DNA of 64,000 bases, taken from NCBI GenBank assembly GCA_944386675.1, contig CALXBY010000001.1, positions 72,486-136,485 on the forward strand, written 5' to 3'. The notes below the pieces were generated by a model. It was not told where the DNA came from. It saw only the letters and a program-made list of their open reading frames with translations, and made no database searches. This document shows positions 54,241 to 63,379 of this stretch, piece by piece. How positions within the stretch are numbered: the stretch's first letter is position 1; each line of letters begins with the position of its first letter. The position numbers and the translations under genes are program-made. The DNA is from an uncultured Clostridia bacterium (GTDB lineage: Bacteria; Bacillota; Clostridia; TANB77; CAG-508).

Positions 54241-54941
54241 ATGGATTATGAATTAATGATGAATGGAAATGTGAAAATAGGACAACGAGCACCAGATTTT
54301 GATGCAAACACAACCATGCGGAAAAATATCTCTAAATGATTATTCACGGAAAATGGTTAATCTTATTCTCTCATCCAGGAGATTTTACACCTGTTTGTAC
54401 AACTGAAATGATAGCTTTTACAAGAGCACATACATATTTTAAACAATTAAATACAGAACTATTAGGATTAAGTGTTGACAGCAATTCTTCACACTTAGCA
54501 TGGGTCTATGACATATTTTGTAGAACAGGAATAAAAGTATCTTTTCCTATAATCGCTGATAGAAATGGAGAAATTGCTAGAAGATATGGTATGATTTCAA
54601 GCGATATAAGTAATACCGAAACTGTCAGAAATGTTTATATTATTGATGATAAAGGGATTATTAGAACTATATTTATCTATCCAATGAATGTAGGAAGATT
54701 TATTCCAGAAATTTTAAGAACTGTGCAAGCTTTACAAAAGGTAGATTGTTCTAAAGGGTCAACTGCAGCCAATTGGATTCCAAATCAGCCAGTTATTGTT
54801 TCTCCTCCTAAAACATATGAAGAATTAGTAGAACGTGTAAGTAATATAGAAAGTAAACGAAATGGAATTAGTTGGTATTTAAGTTTTAAAGAAGCTCCAG
54901 AAAATTGCATTGATGAAAATTGCAATATGTTAAATGAATAG
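54241..54941 (+). pseudogene. Peroxiredoxin (Prx6/1-Cys-like) with two +1 frame breaks near the N-terminus
   Basis: Frame a reads [26 protein letters not shown]. Frame b reads GKISLNDYS. Frame c reads [20 protein letters not shown] and continues to the end. Deleting C54319 and C54347 gives one continuous canonical Prx. Confidence 0.75.
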
Positions 54942-55003
54942 CTATATTAAAAAGTAAGTTCATTATCTATTTTTGAACTTACTTTTTTGTTCATATAAAA
55001 AAT

Positions 55004-55591
55004 TTAATTATTATTTTTGAAATCTTGTATTTTCATATATATGTCATACCAACTAAATACTCTTGTCATGTTATCTAAATTCATATCTCTATTATATCTG
55101 CAATCATAACAAAAAATATGTGTATGTTTTACAAATGTTGGTATAGTTTCTGGACTATCTTCTATCATTACATCTATTTTTAGTTCATCTATTTCTTTGG
55201 TTTTATCTGGTGAGAAATAAATCTCATCATATAAAATATCGTTTTCTTTAAGCCATTTTCTTATAATTCTTCTTGTTCTCTCCCCTTCTTCTGTATCTTC
55301 AGTTGTATAATGTCTTGAAGTAATTATATAGATATGATTTCCTTCCTCTTTCAATTTTCTTATGATTTCACTTGCATATTTTCTTGCAGGTTCATTTTCC
55401 ATGTAATTCCAAAAATATTCTTTTCTATAATCATCTAAAATTTCTCTTGTCCAATTGAATTTACGATATTCATATTTATATGGATTTTCAAAACTTTCTA
55501 ACTTATGCTCAAATACATATTTTGAAGTTGTATCCATGATATAATCATCATCATTTGTTAAAACACCATCTATATCAATTCCAATATTCAT
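55004..55591 (-). CDS. HAD-superfamily hydrolase, 5'(3')-nucleotidase-like
   Basis: The N-terminal motif I is IGIDIDGVL. At ~195 aa the size fits NT5C-type enzymes. Confidence 0.5.
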   Translation of the reverse strand: MNIGIDIDGVLTNDDDYIMDTTSKYVFEHKLESFENPYKYEYRKFNWTREILDDYRKEYFWNYMENEPARKYASEIIRKLKEEGNHIYIITSRHYTTEDTEEGERTRRIIRKWLKENDILYDEIYFSPDKTKEIDELKIDVMIEDSPETIPTFVKHTHIFCYDCRYNRDMNLDNMTRVFSWYDIYMKIQDFKNNN

Positions 55592-55657
55592 TTTAATTCT
55601 CCTCTTCTACTCTTTTATTATATATATTTTTTTTTAATAGCTAATCTTACTCCTATT

Positions 55658-56443
55658 TTACAATATTTTTTCTAAAAACTTTGCAACACCATCTTCATCA
55701 TTTGTATCTATCACTTCATCAGCAACTTTTTTTATATCTTCTAATGCATTTCCCATAACAACACAATGTTTTACAACTTCAAACATTGGTAAATCATTGT
55801 AACTATCTCCTATTGCAACACTATCTTTTAAATCAATTTTTAAATAAGCACATAACCTTTTAATTGCATTTCCTTTGCTTGTTTCTTTACATGCCACATC
55901 TAAAAATAGAGAGTTTTCAGCTGGAACATCTTTATTTAGCAAACTTTTTGATAAATTAATGATTTCTACATCTTCTAATTTTTCTACTTCAGATTTGATA
56001 GTTCTTATTTTGCTTGCATCTTCATCTGCAAAAATACATTGTGTTGATGAATGTGTTTTTAGAAATTCTTCTAAAATATTATCTGATTCATTAAAAACTA
56101 CCCTTTTATCTCTAGAATTTATGACAAATTGTACCTTATATTTTTCAGCCAATTGATATAACTCCATAATTATTTGTTTTCTTAGATTATTTTCATATAT
56201 AATTTTCTTATTTTTATAATCATAAATTTCGCCACCATTACAAGCAATTATATAATTACTAGCCATTGCTTCTTTACTTACATTTTCTACATATTGTCTA
56301 TATCTTCCTGAACATATAACTACATGTATTCCTTTTTGAACAACTTTTTGTATTGCTTCTTTTGTTCTATTAGTTATTTCTTTTTTATCATTTCGTAATG
56401 TTCCATCTATATCAATAAAAATAATTTTATACACTAAGCTCAA
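55658..56443 (-). CDS. Cof-type HAD-IIB phosphatase
   Basis: FIDIDGTL, the cap region and GDSYNDLPMF are present. 261 aa. Confidence 0.85.
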   Translation of the reverse strand: MSLVYKIIFIDIDGTLRNDKKEITNRTKEAIQKVVQKGIHVVICSGRYRQYVENVSKEAMASNYIIACNGGEIYDYKNKKIIYENNLRKQIIMELYQLAEKYKVQFVINSRDKRVVFNESDNILEEFLKTHSSTQCIFADEDASKIRTIKSEVEKLEDVEIINLSKSLLNKDVPAENSLFLDVACKETSKGNAIKRLCAYLKIDLKDSVAIGDSYNDLPMFEVVKHCVVMGNALEDIKKVADEVIDTNDEDGVAKFLEKIL

Positions 56444-56452
56444 CCTCTCTTA

Positions 56453-57269
56453 TTATAAAATAATTAACGGAACCTCCATTTCTTCTGGGGATAAACCACA
56501 ATGTGTAGATTTTTTCTCTGGTTTTTCTTTGCTAATATTGGTTCCTAATTTAAAATTTGTTATATAGATTTTCTATTTTCTTTTCCGTTTCTAAAATAAA
56601 TTCTTTAACTTCACTAGATTCACAATCATATTTATGTAATAGACCATCTGGTTCATCATTATATGCTAATATAAAGTTTTCATCTGTATTTTTACATATA
56701 GCTTCTATAGAATCACATAAAATTCCCATTGTGTTGGCATTTATATTTCTTTTACTTCTTGACATACAATGAGAGGGACTTATTTCATATGCTTTAACTT
56801 CTTTTGAGGTTTCTTCTATTTGATCATATATAGAAATATATTGTATTAGTTCTTGCACATTTATTTTTGCATCTTTATAGACCTCTCCTGTATATGAATC
56901 ACGGTTTGGTAAAACATCAATACTACGCCCATATTCCTTAAAGTATTGAGACCATGCAATCCAACCAGTTTCAATTGGAGGTTTTCCAGAATAATAAGTT
57001 GTCATTGCAGCAGTAGTTGTAGAAGGAAAAACAGAAGTTATCTTCCTTATTTGATGTTTCTTAAAAAAGCCATTTGGAGAAATATGATTTATAATATGCT
57101 CTCCCATTCCATCTAAAACAATTAATACAATATTTTTATACTTTCTTTGTAATATTTTATCTAATATATCTAATCCCTTATATTTTGTTTCTACATGATA
57201 ATATTTTAAGATAGAATTTATTAGATTTAAAATACTATTTTCATAATCCGGAAAAATAATATTATTCAT
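56453..57269 (-). pseudogene. Alkaline-phosphatase-superfamily (phosphodiesterase-type) gene with an internal deletion and a frame change
   Basis: The N-terminal 239 aa are intact (VLDGMGEHII, FPSTTTAAMTTYYSG, EPDGLLHKY) and then reach a stop. The conserved C-terminus THCGLSPEEMEVPLIIL* lies immediately downstream in another frame (about 56546..56453). The ADHG-containing middle is missing. Confidence 0.55.
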
Positions 57270-57383
57270 ACTTTAATACTCCTAATCTATATTTTCAAAA
57301 AAATTCTACCATAACAACTGCTAGATTACAAGAATGAGATAAAAAAAGTACAATAAAATTATATTATTGTACTTTTTTTATCT

Positions 57384-58220
57384 CTATATAAGTTCTTGAT
57401 ACTCCTCTTCTTCAAATTGTTTTAAATAATCGATATATTCTTCTAAGCACATGTCATGTTCTTTCATATATGTTGCATTTTCTATTCCTACATACCTATA
57501 ATGCCATGGTTCATAATTTATCATAGTAATCTCTTTTTTATCTGTTGGATATCTTAAAGTAAATCCATACTTATATGAGTTTTCCATTAACCATTTTTGT
57601 ACTTCTGTTTCTTCTTGTTTTTCATCTAATATTTGATAACTTTCAGAAACAATGTCCACTGCTAGTCCTGTTTCATGTTCCCCCGTTCCAGGAACTGCTA
57701 CCCAGTAAGAGGCCAATTTTTCTGCTTCATCATTACTATATCCTAGTCTTTTATATTCTTTGGCTTTATTATTATATAATTGTTTCTGTTTTGCATTTGT
57801 TCTATAACTTGAACATATAATAGGTGACAATCCTTCATTTCTTGCATCATTTAACATTTGATTTAATGCTTCTGCAATTCTTTTATCCACCTTATGTGTT
57901 GTTTCTATTTCTTCTAGTTCCATTGAATAGCTTTCTGGTACTTTATGATTTTTATTAACTAGTAATAGTTCCCAGTCAGAAGTGCTGCTATCAATGTCTT
58001 TTTCTTTTTTATTTTCCGGTTTATTATCTGTTTTTTCATCACTTATTGTATTATATAGCTCTTCTACATTTGCACCTGTTTCCAATGAAGTTTGTACATC
58101 TTTTTTATATGCTACATACTTATAAAAAATAGCAAAAATTAATACAATTATAATCGTTAGTAATATACAAATATTGGTATGTATAATATTTTTCATTTCA
58201 TTTTCTTTTATTTTTTTCAT
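57384..58220 (-). CDS. VanY-like D,D-carboxypeptidase (peptidase M15B)
   Basis: It has an N-terminal TM helix, SSYRTNAKQKQLY, GTGEHETGLAVDI and EPWHYRYVG. Confidence 0.85.
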   Translation of the reverse strand: MKKIKENEMKNIIHTNICILLTIIIVLIFAIFYKYVAYKKDVQTSLETGANVEELYNTISDEKTDNKPENKKEKDIDSSTSDWELLLVNKNHKVPESYSMELEEIETTHKVDKRIAEALNQMLNDARNEGLSPIICSSYRTNAKQKQLYNNKAKEYKRLGYSNDEAEKLASYWVAVPGTGEHETGLAVDIVSESYQILDEKQEETEVQKWLMENSYKYGFTLRYPTDKKEITMINYEPWHYRYVGIENATYMKEHDMCLEEYIDYLKQFEEEEYQELI

Positions 58221-58435
58221 ATAAATTTCCTCTTTTTTTATATGTTATAAATTGCTACTTTGAATTTTCATTATCTATATTTTAACATGAACTTGTATTT
58301 ATCTGCAACAACATTATTTTCCTTTTTATTTATTGATATTATCTATCTTTATATTGCCAATTTTTTTAAAAAAGTTACATAAAAAAATAAGAAAGACATA
58401 TTATTTTATTTATACATCTTTCTATTTTCTATTAA

Positions 58436-58954
58436 TTAAATTTCATAGCCATACCCTACTAAAGGATATTCTTTTCCTCCAATATTACGTGTTTTTTCTC
58501 CTAATAATATACCACCCATTTTTTCATAAAATTTTCTTGAAGGTTCATTTTCCTTTAAACACCATAAGAGTATCTTATGGTTTCCTTGCTCTTTTAATTT
58601 TTCTTCTGCATATTGTAATAATTGACTGCCTATCTTTTTTCTTAATAATCCTGGCTTTACATATAAAGCATATATTTCTCCATCATATTCTGGAAATCTA
58701 TCTAGTTCATCTAATCTTTTTCCAAATCTAGTAACACCTACAATTTCATTTGTTTCCTGGTTTTTTGCAACCGTATGGCCACCCTCTCTATATTCTCGTT
58801 TTAATTTTTGTACTTTTTCCTTCATATTTAAATTTTGTAGATAAGTTTTATCTATAATATCTTTATATGCAATTCTCCAAGAATCTATAAAAATCTTAGA
58901 AACTTCTTCTATATCACTTTCCTGCATCGTTTCTATTATAATATCTTTCATCAT
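58436..58954 (-). CDS. GNAT family N-acetyltransferase
   Basis: The acetyl-CoA motif is LYVKPGLLRKKIGSQLLQYAE. It starts 9 nt downstream of the preceding GNAT gene. Confidence 0.85.
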   Translation of the reverse strand: MMKDIIIETMQESDIEEVSKIFIDSWRIAYKDIIDKTYLQNLNMKEKVQKLKREYREGGHTVAKNQETNEIVGVTRFGKRLDELDRFPEYDGEIYALYVKPGLLRKKIGSQLLQYAEEKLKEQGNHKILLWCLKENEPSRKFYEKMGGILLGEKTRNIGGKEYPLVGYGYEI

Positions 58955-58963
58955 ATCACCTAC

Positions 58964-59533
58964 TTATATATTTTTATTTTTAACATATGTTCCGTCAAAT
59001 TCACTTTTTAAAATATCCATTAAAACTTTGTCATAATACTTTCCATTTAAATAATATGCTTCTCTTAGTCTTCCTACTTCTTTAAATCCACATTTTTTAT
59101 AACAAGCAATGGCTCTTTCATTAAAAGCAAATACAGATAATTGAATACTGTTTAAGTTTAAATAATTAAATCCATAGTCTAATATTAAATGAATTGCTTC
59201 TTTTCCAATACCTCTTCCTCTATATTGTTCATCTCCAATAAAAATCCCCAATTTTGCAACTCTATTGATATAATTAATATTTTCTAAACTAATTGTTCCT
59301 ATCATTTCATCTTTTTCTAAAGTGACAATCACAAAATAATATTTTGTCATATCATTATTATGGACTTTTTCAAAATATTCCTTCTCACCATCTAGCGTTA
59401 CCATTAGTCCACTTCTTCCTAATCCATCTGTTACTTGAAAATCATTTAACCATTTTGTAAATATTTCTACATCCTCACTATTTCTAGGTGATAGATAAAT
59501 TGTTTCACCTACTAATTTTTTAAAATATTTCAT
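58964..59533 (-). CDS. GNAT family N-acetyltransferase (RimJ/RimL-like)
   Basis: LGIFIGDEQYRGRGIGKEAIHLILDYGF and ERAIACYKKCGF are present. Confidence 0.85.
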   Translation of the reverse strand: MKYFKKLVGETIYLSPRNSEDVEIFTKWLNDFQVTDGLGRSGLMVTLDGEKEYFEKVHNNDMTKYYFVIVTLEKDEMIGTISLENINYINRVAKLGIFIGDEQYRGRGIGKEAIHLILDYGFNYLNLNSIQLSVFAFNERAIACYKKCGFKEVGRLREAYYLNGKYYDKVLMDILKSEFDGTYVKNKNI

Positions 59534-59750
59534 ATATTCACCTTCTTTATTTTTTATTACCTATATGCAAAATTTTACATTTTTAAAAACAAAAAACCTT
59601 GCCAAAGAAATCTTGTATTAAGACTCCTCCAGCAAGGCTAAAATCCTGCTTTCTGTGTAGTAACATATTCGTTACTTCATACCGCTCGAGTTTTCTCTAG
59701 GTATGCTCCTAATGTTTAATTATTTTATCATATAATAATATATTTGTCAA
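59534..59750 (-). promoter_or_regulatory. Promoter plus ~180-nt structured leader with an intrinsic terminator upstream of the GNAT pair
   Basis: The minus strand reads TTGACA (59750..59745), a 17-nt spacer, then TAAAAT (59727..59722). Structural elements are the stem CAUACC/GGUAUG, the hairpin GUAAC/GUUAC, and the terminator CCUUGC...GCAAGG+U6 (59638..59591). AGCAGG upstream can pair with the CCUUGCU terminator arm. Confidence 0.5.
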
Positions 59751-59884
59751 TCTTTTTATGTGATTATTTTTCTTATAGTGTACTTTATCGAATTAACTGT
59801 TTAAGCCCATTTTATAAAAGCAATAATTTATAAAAAAGGAATCTCGTAAAAAATTTTTCTACTAGATTCCTTATCCTAAACTGC

Positions 59885-60532
59885 TTATTTCCTTCTATCC
59901 AGAAATACTAAAACAAATGATACTATTAAAATAAATATTACAATTACCGCTATTGCTTTGATAACCCCTACATACCCTATTTGATTATAGTCTAAAAATA
60001 TATAAGCAAATTCTCTTGATCCTCCTATTCCATAGAATCTACCTCCTCGTGCACTATACGTATACACGTAGAACACATAATTTAATGGAATAAACAGCCA
60101 AACAAACGGATAATAATACTTAAAATTTCCTTTTATGTCAAATAAAATGTAGTCTCCTAATACCATAGCTGGAGAAATGACATGTACAAAAAGGTTTGCC
60201 CAGTATTTATCTGTATTGGTCGAATATGCTGTATCCATATTAAAATTATTAGGAATCAATGCTACTTGATAGGTAATCGCTGTTACCAGTATTGCTATAA
60301 TTGCAGCACCTTTTAGCAAGTAATATATGTTACTTGACCGATAGTCTTTTTTTAAAACAATTACTGCAAGTATTCCTATAAACATGACTAGGCAAATAAT
60401 ATTACTTTGCAATGTGTAATAAGATAAGATAGCTGTCACTGAAGTTGTGTTTATAATATTTAATAGTATTCCAGTAAGAAGGCATGTAATAACTAGCAGT
60501 TTAAAAATAATAGAAACTTTTCTTTCTTTCAT
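59885..60532 (-). CDS. Pr6Pr-family (FAR-17a/AIG1-like) membrane protein
   Basis: It has 6 TM helices. LSYYTLQSNIICLVMF matches my memory of the Pr6Pr signature. It contains the only other in-frame CGG I found in a low-GC gene (60338..60340). Confidence 0.55.
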   Translation of the reverse strand: MKERKVSIIFKLLVITCLLTGILLNIINTTSVTAILSYYTLQSNIICLVMFIGILAVIVLKKDYRSSNIYYLLKGAAIIAILVTAITYQVALIPNNFNMDTAYSTNTDKYWANLFVHVISPAMVLGDYILFDIKGNFKYYYPFVWLFIPLNYVFYVYTYSARGGRFYGIGGSREFAYIFLDYNQIGYVGVIKAIAVIVIFILIVSFVLVFLDRRK

Positions 60533-60661
60533 AGCTCCTGCCTCCTTTTTATATCCTCATTATATATTGTTTTTTAGGAAATGTAAAATAAAATCACTGA
60601 TAAATTCAGTGATTTTAGTAATTTACTTCATTTTTCTTATTTATATCCTAGAAAATACTAT

Positions 60662-61231
60662 TTACTTTATATCATATTCTTGTAATATTTCAAAAACATT
60701 TTCAATATTTTGACTGTTATTTTGTATATTTACATCTCCTGTTGATTTTAAAGTTATAATTTCATTTGCATCATAATTGTAATATTTAACAGATGATTGT
60801 CCCATATCATTTGCTATTGGTTTGCTGGTAGTATCATTATTTATTGTCAATAATTCTTCTCTTAATTGTTTTAAATCATTTTTATTCATTGTCCCTTTGT
60901 TTTCTGTGATATGTTTTAATATATTTTTACTTGTTTTTTCTATGGTATCATTTACTTCGTTTGATTCTGGATTATCAAATTTAAAACTATATATACTGCC
61001 ATCTTCACAAATAATTGTACCACTATATTGATATTCCCAGGCATGATTTTCATAAGAGTATTCGATTAATACGTTTTTATTCGAAATGTCATTTTCATTA
61101 GCCAAATTAACATTTCCATTTATATATATCCATAAAGCTACTGCAATTATAGCAACAATTATTATAACTCCTAAAGTACATATAATTATTTTTCTATTTT
61201 TTTTATTGGCTTTATTCATTTTATTTTTCAT
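60662..61231 (-). CDS. Hypothetical membrane-anchored protein
   Basis: It has an N-terminal K-rich segment with a TM helix, then a soluble domain. I recognise no family. Confidence 0.45.
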   Translation of the reverse strand: MKNKMNKANKKNRKIIICTLGVIIIVAIIAVALWIYINGNVNLANENDISNKNVLIEYSYENHAWEYQYSGTIICEDGSIYSFKFDNPESNEVNDTIEKTSKNILKHITENKGTMNKNDLKQLREELLTINNDTTSKPIANDMGQSSVKYYNYDANEIITLKSTGDVNIQNNSQNIENVFEILQEYDIK

Positions 61232-61260
61232 ATTTTCTTTCCTCTTTTACTCTATATTTA

Positions 61261-61815
61261 TTATATATTCCTAACCACTCTACAAGGATTTCCATGTGCT
61301 AATGTATTTGATGGAATATCTCTTGTTACGACACTTCCTGCACCAATTGTTACATTGTCACCAATTGTTACACCTGGTAATACAACAACATTTCCTCCAA
61401 TCCAGACATTATTTCCTATTTTGATAGGTTTTCCAAATTCTAAGCTTTGATTTCTTGTTTCTACATCTAAAGGATGTCCTGCTGTATAAAATCCACAGTT
61501 AGGTCCAATAAATACATTGTTTCCGAATTCTACTTTTGCTACATCTAATATAACGCAATTATGATTAGCATAAAAATTTTCTCCAACATGTGTATTATAT
61601 CCATAATCACAGTAAAAGTTAGATTCTACTTGCAAGTTTTCTCCTGTACTTCCTAATATTTTCTTTATTAGTGTTTTTCTTTCTTCCATCTTATCTGGAG
61701 TTATATGATTATATTCATAACATAATAATTTACATTTTCTCATTTCTATAGTAAGTTCTTCATCATTTGCTGGATTATATAATTCCCATTTATCTCTTTT
61801 TTCTTTTTCTGTCAT
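61261..61815 (-). CDS. maa: Maltose/galactoside O-acetyltransferase (left-handed beta-helix)
   Basis: It has an N-terminal Mac domain (ELYNPANDEEL...CKLLCYEYN). Hexapeptide repeats include IGNNVWIGGNVVVLPGVTIGDNVTIGAGSVV. Confidence 0.88.
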   Translation of the reverse strand: MTEKEKRDKWELYNPANDEELTIEMRKCKLLCYEYNHITPDKMEERKTLIKKILGSTGENLQVESNFYCDYGYNTHVGENFYANHNCVILDVAKVEFGNNVFIGPNCGFYTAGHPLDVETRNQSLEFGKPIKIGNNVWIGGNVVVLPGVTIGDNVTIGAGSVVTRDIPSNTLAHGNPCRVVRNI

Positions 61816-61829
61816 TTTTTCCTCCTTAT

Positions 61830-62528
61830 TTAAAATTGACTAAGATATTCATTATATTGGTTTTGTAATGTTTCACTATTAAATACTATGTTTCCATCTT
61901 GTATGTTCCATCCATTTTTATTTTCAGAAAGAAAATTGATTACTTGTGTTTCTATATCTAGTATTTTTATTGCTTCATTTAATGAAGATTCTAATTCATT
62001 CGTATCTTCTTCTATCGCTGTATCCTCTGATAGAACAATTTCTTTATATAAGTCTATATAATATTGATCTAAATTTTTATTTTCTATATATGACATAGCA
62101 CCTTCATTTGTTAATAATTCTAACACTTTTGTTTTATTTTCTTCAATTTTACTTTTGGCTTCTTCTAAAAATTGTTTTGTTTGTACAAAATCTGGTCCGT
62201 CTGCTTCGTAATTTTCAGGTGTTAATGTATTTATGATTTTTTCGTCATTTAAAACATTTGCTATATCAATAGAAGTATTTACGACATCTGCTAAATAATT
62301 TTTCATAGCCTTTTCAAGAACACCACAATCTCCGGTTGTTTTTAATTCTCGTATTCTTTGGTCAATCTGATTTAAATCAATATTTTCTGCACGTGTTAAA
62401 TTTTCAAATTCCAACATCTCTTGTCTTAAAATATCCTCTTGTCTAAAATCATTAACCACTAAAATTCCAATTCCTACAACTATTACAAGTACAATAGCTA
62501 TAATTACTCCAATAATTGCTTTTTTCAT
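61830..62528 (-). CDS. Hypothetical membrane-anchored protein
   Basis: One N-terminal TM helix is followed by a helical E/N-rich domain. I recognise no family. Confidence 0.45.
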   Translation of the reverse strand: MKKAIIGVIIAIVLVIVVGIGILVVNDFRQEDILRQEMLEFENLTRAENIDLNQIDQRIRELKTTGDCGVLEKAMKNYLADVVNTSIDIANVLNDEKIINTLTPENYEADGPDFVQTKQFLEEAKSKIEENKTKVLELLTNEGAMSYIENKNLDQYYIDLYKEIVLSEDTAIEEDTNELESSLNEAIKILDIETQVINFLSENKNGWNIQDGNIVFNSETLQNQYNEYLSQF

Positions 62529-62591
62529 AATTTATCCCCCTTATTTTTATATACAAATAGTATATCAATGATATGTATAAATTGCAATCAA

Positions 62592-63179
62592 TTATACTAT
62601 TTCCTTTTTCTTTTTAGTACACATTTCTATATATCTTACAATATACTCTCTCTTTTTTTCTTTATTGTATTTTCTTAATTTTCCTTTATAAATTACTATA
62701 TAATTTTTTAAGTTTTTAAAATCTTCTGGTTTGACAATTGCTGGTAATTGTGTTTTTACCTCACCTATTTCTAATATATGCTTTACAAACTCCGCACAGT
62801 AAAAAGATTGTTTTGGATGAATTTTCTTATGAAATCCTACAGCTAATAATCCAATAATATTAAATCGATATTCTTTCTTATGCTCCTCTATACGTCTGAT
62901 TTCATTTCTTATCAGTATATATTGTTCTTGCGTTATATCTAAACTATATATCAACGCCTCTGTATTTTTAAATCTTTTAAATGTACCTCTATTAATACCT
63001 TCTTGTACAAAACCTGCCCATAAAGGATTATATGGATGAAGCCTTCCAAAACTATACATTTGTTCTAAATCACTATCTAATGCAATTGAAACGTGTGAAA
63101 ACTCATCCTTTGTCCATAATTTTATAATTCTAGAAAGTATCGTTCCAGTATGTGTTAAAATAATATATATTTTTTGCAT
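62592..63179 (-). CDS. Permuted papain-like (NlpC/P60 superfamily) hydrolase, YiiX/YaeF-like
   Basis: The His-containing FSHVSIAL precedes the Cys-containing FYCAEFVKH, which is the permuted order I recall for the YiiX family. Confidence 0.5.
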   Translation of the reverse strand: MQKIYIILTHTGTILSRIIKLWTKDEFSHVSIALDSDLEQMYSFGRLHPYNPLWAGFVQEGINRGTFKRFKNTEALIYSLDITQEQYILIRNEIRRIEEHKKEYRFNIIGLLAVGFHKKIHPKQSFYCAEFVKHILEIGEVKTQLPAIVKPEDFKNLKNYIVIYKGKLRKYNKEKKREYIVRYIEMCTKKKKEIV

Positions 63180-63379
63180 TTTTTTCTCCTTTGATTATTC
63201 TTTTTTCTTTCGAATTTATTATACCATTTAAAGATTAAAAATCTAGATATTTTTAATATATTTTAAAAAAATGCATATACTATAATTGCATTTAATTATA
63301 TATTAGATGTAATTATTTCCTTTATAATCGTTTTAAGGCCTCTTTTTAAAGAGGTCTTATCTCTATATACACTATTTTA

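Noticed and set aside
59534-59750. A T-box leader upstream of the GNAT genes.
   Set aside because: There is no T-box sequence (..GGUGGUACCGCG..) and no Stem I specifier or AG-bulge architecture. The downstream genes are not aminoacyl-tRNA related.
60338-60340. The hypothesis that CGG is an unassigned codon in this organism, which would explain the three frame breaks.
   Set aside because: An in-frame CGG (Arg in KKDYRSSN) occurs in an apparently intact native membrane-protein gene. CGG is therefore very rare but apparently still used.
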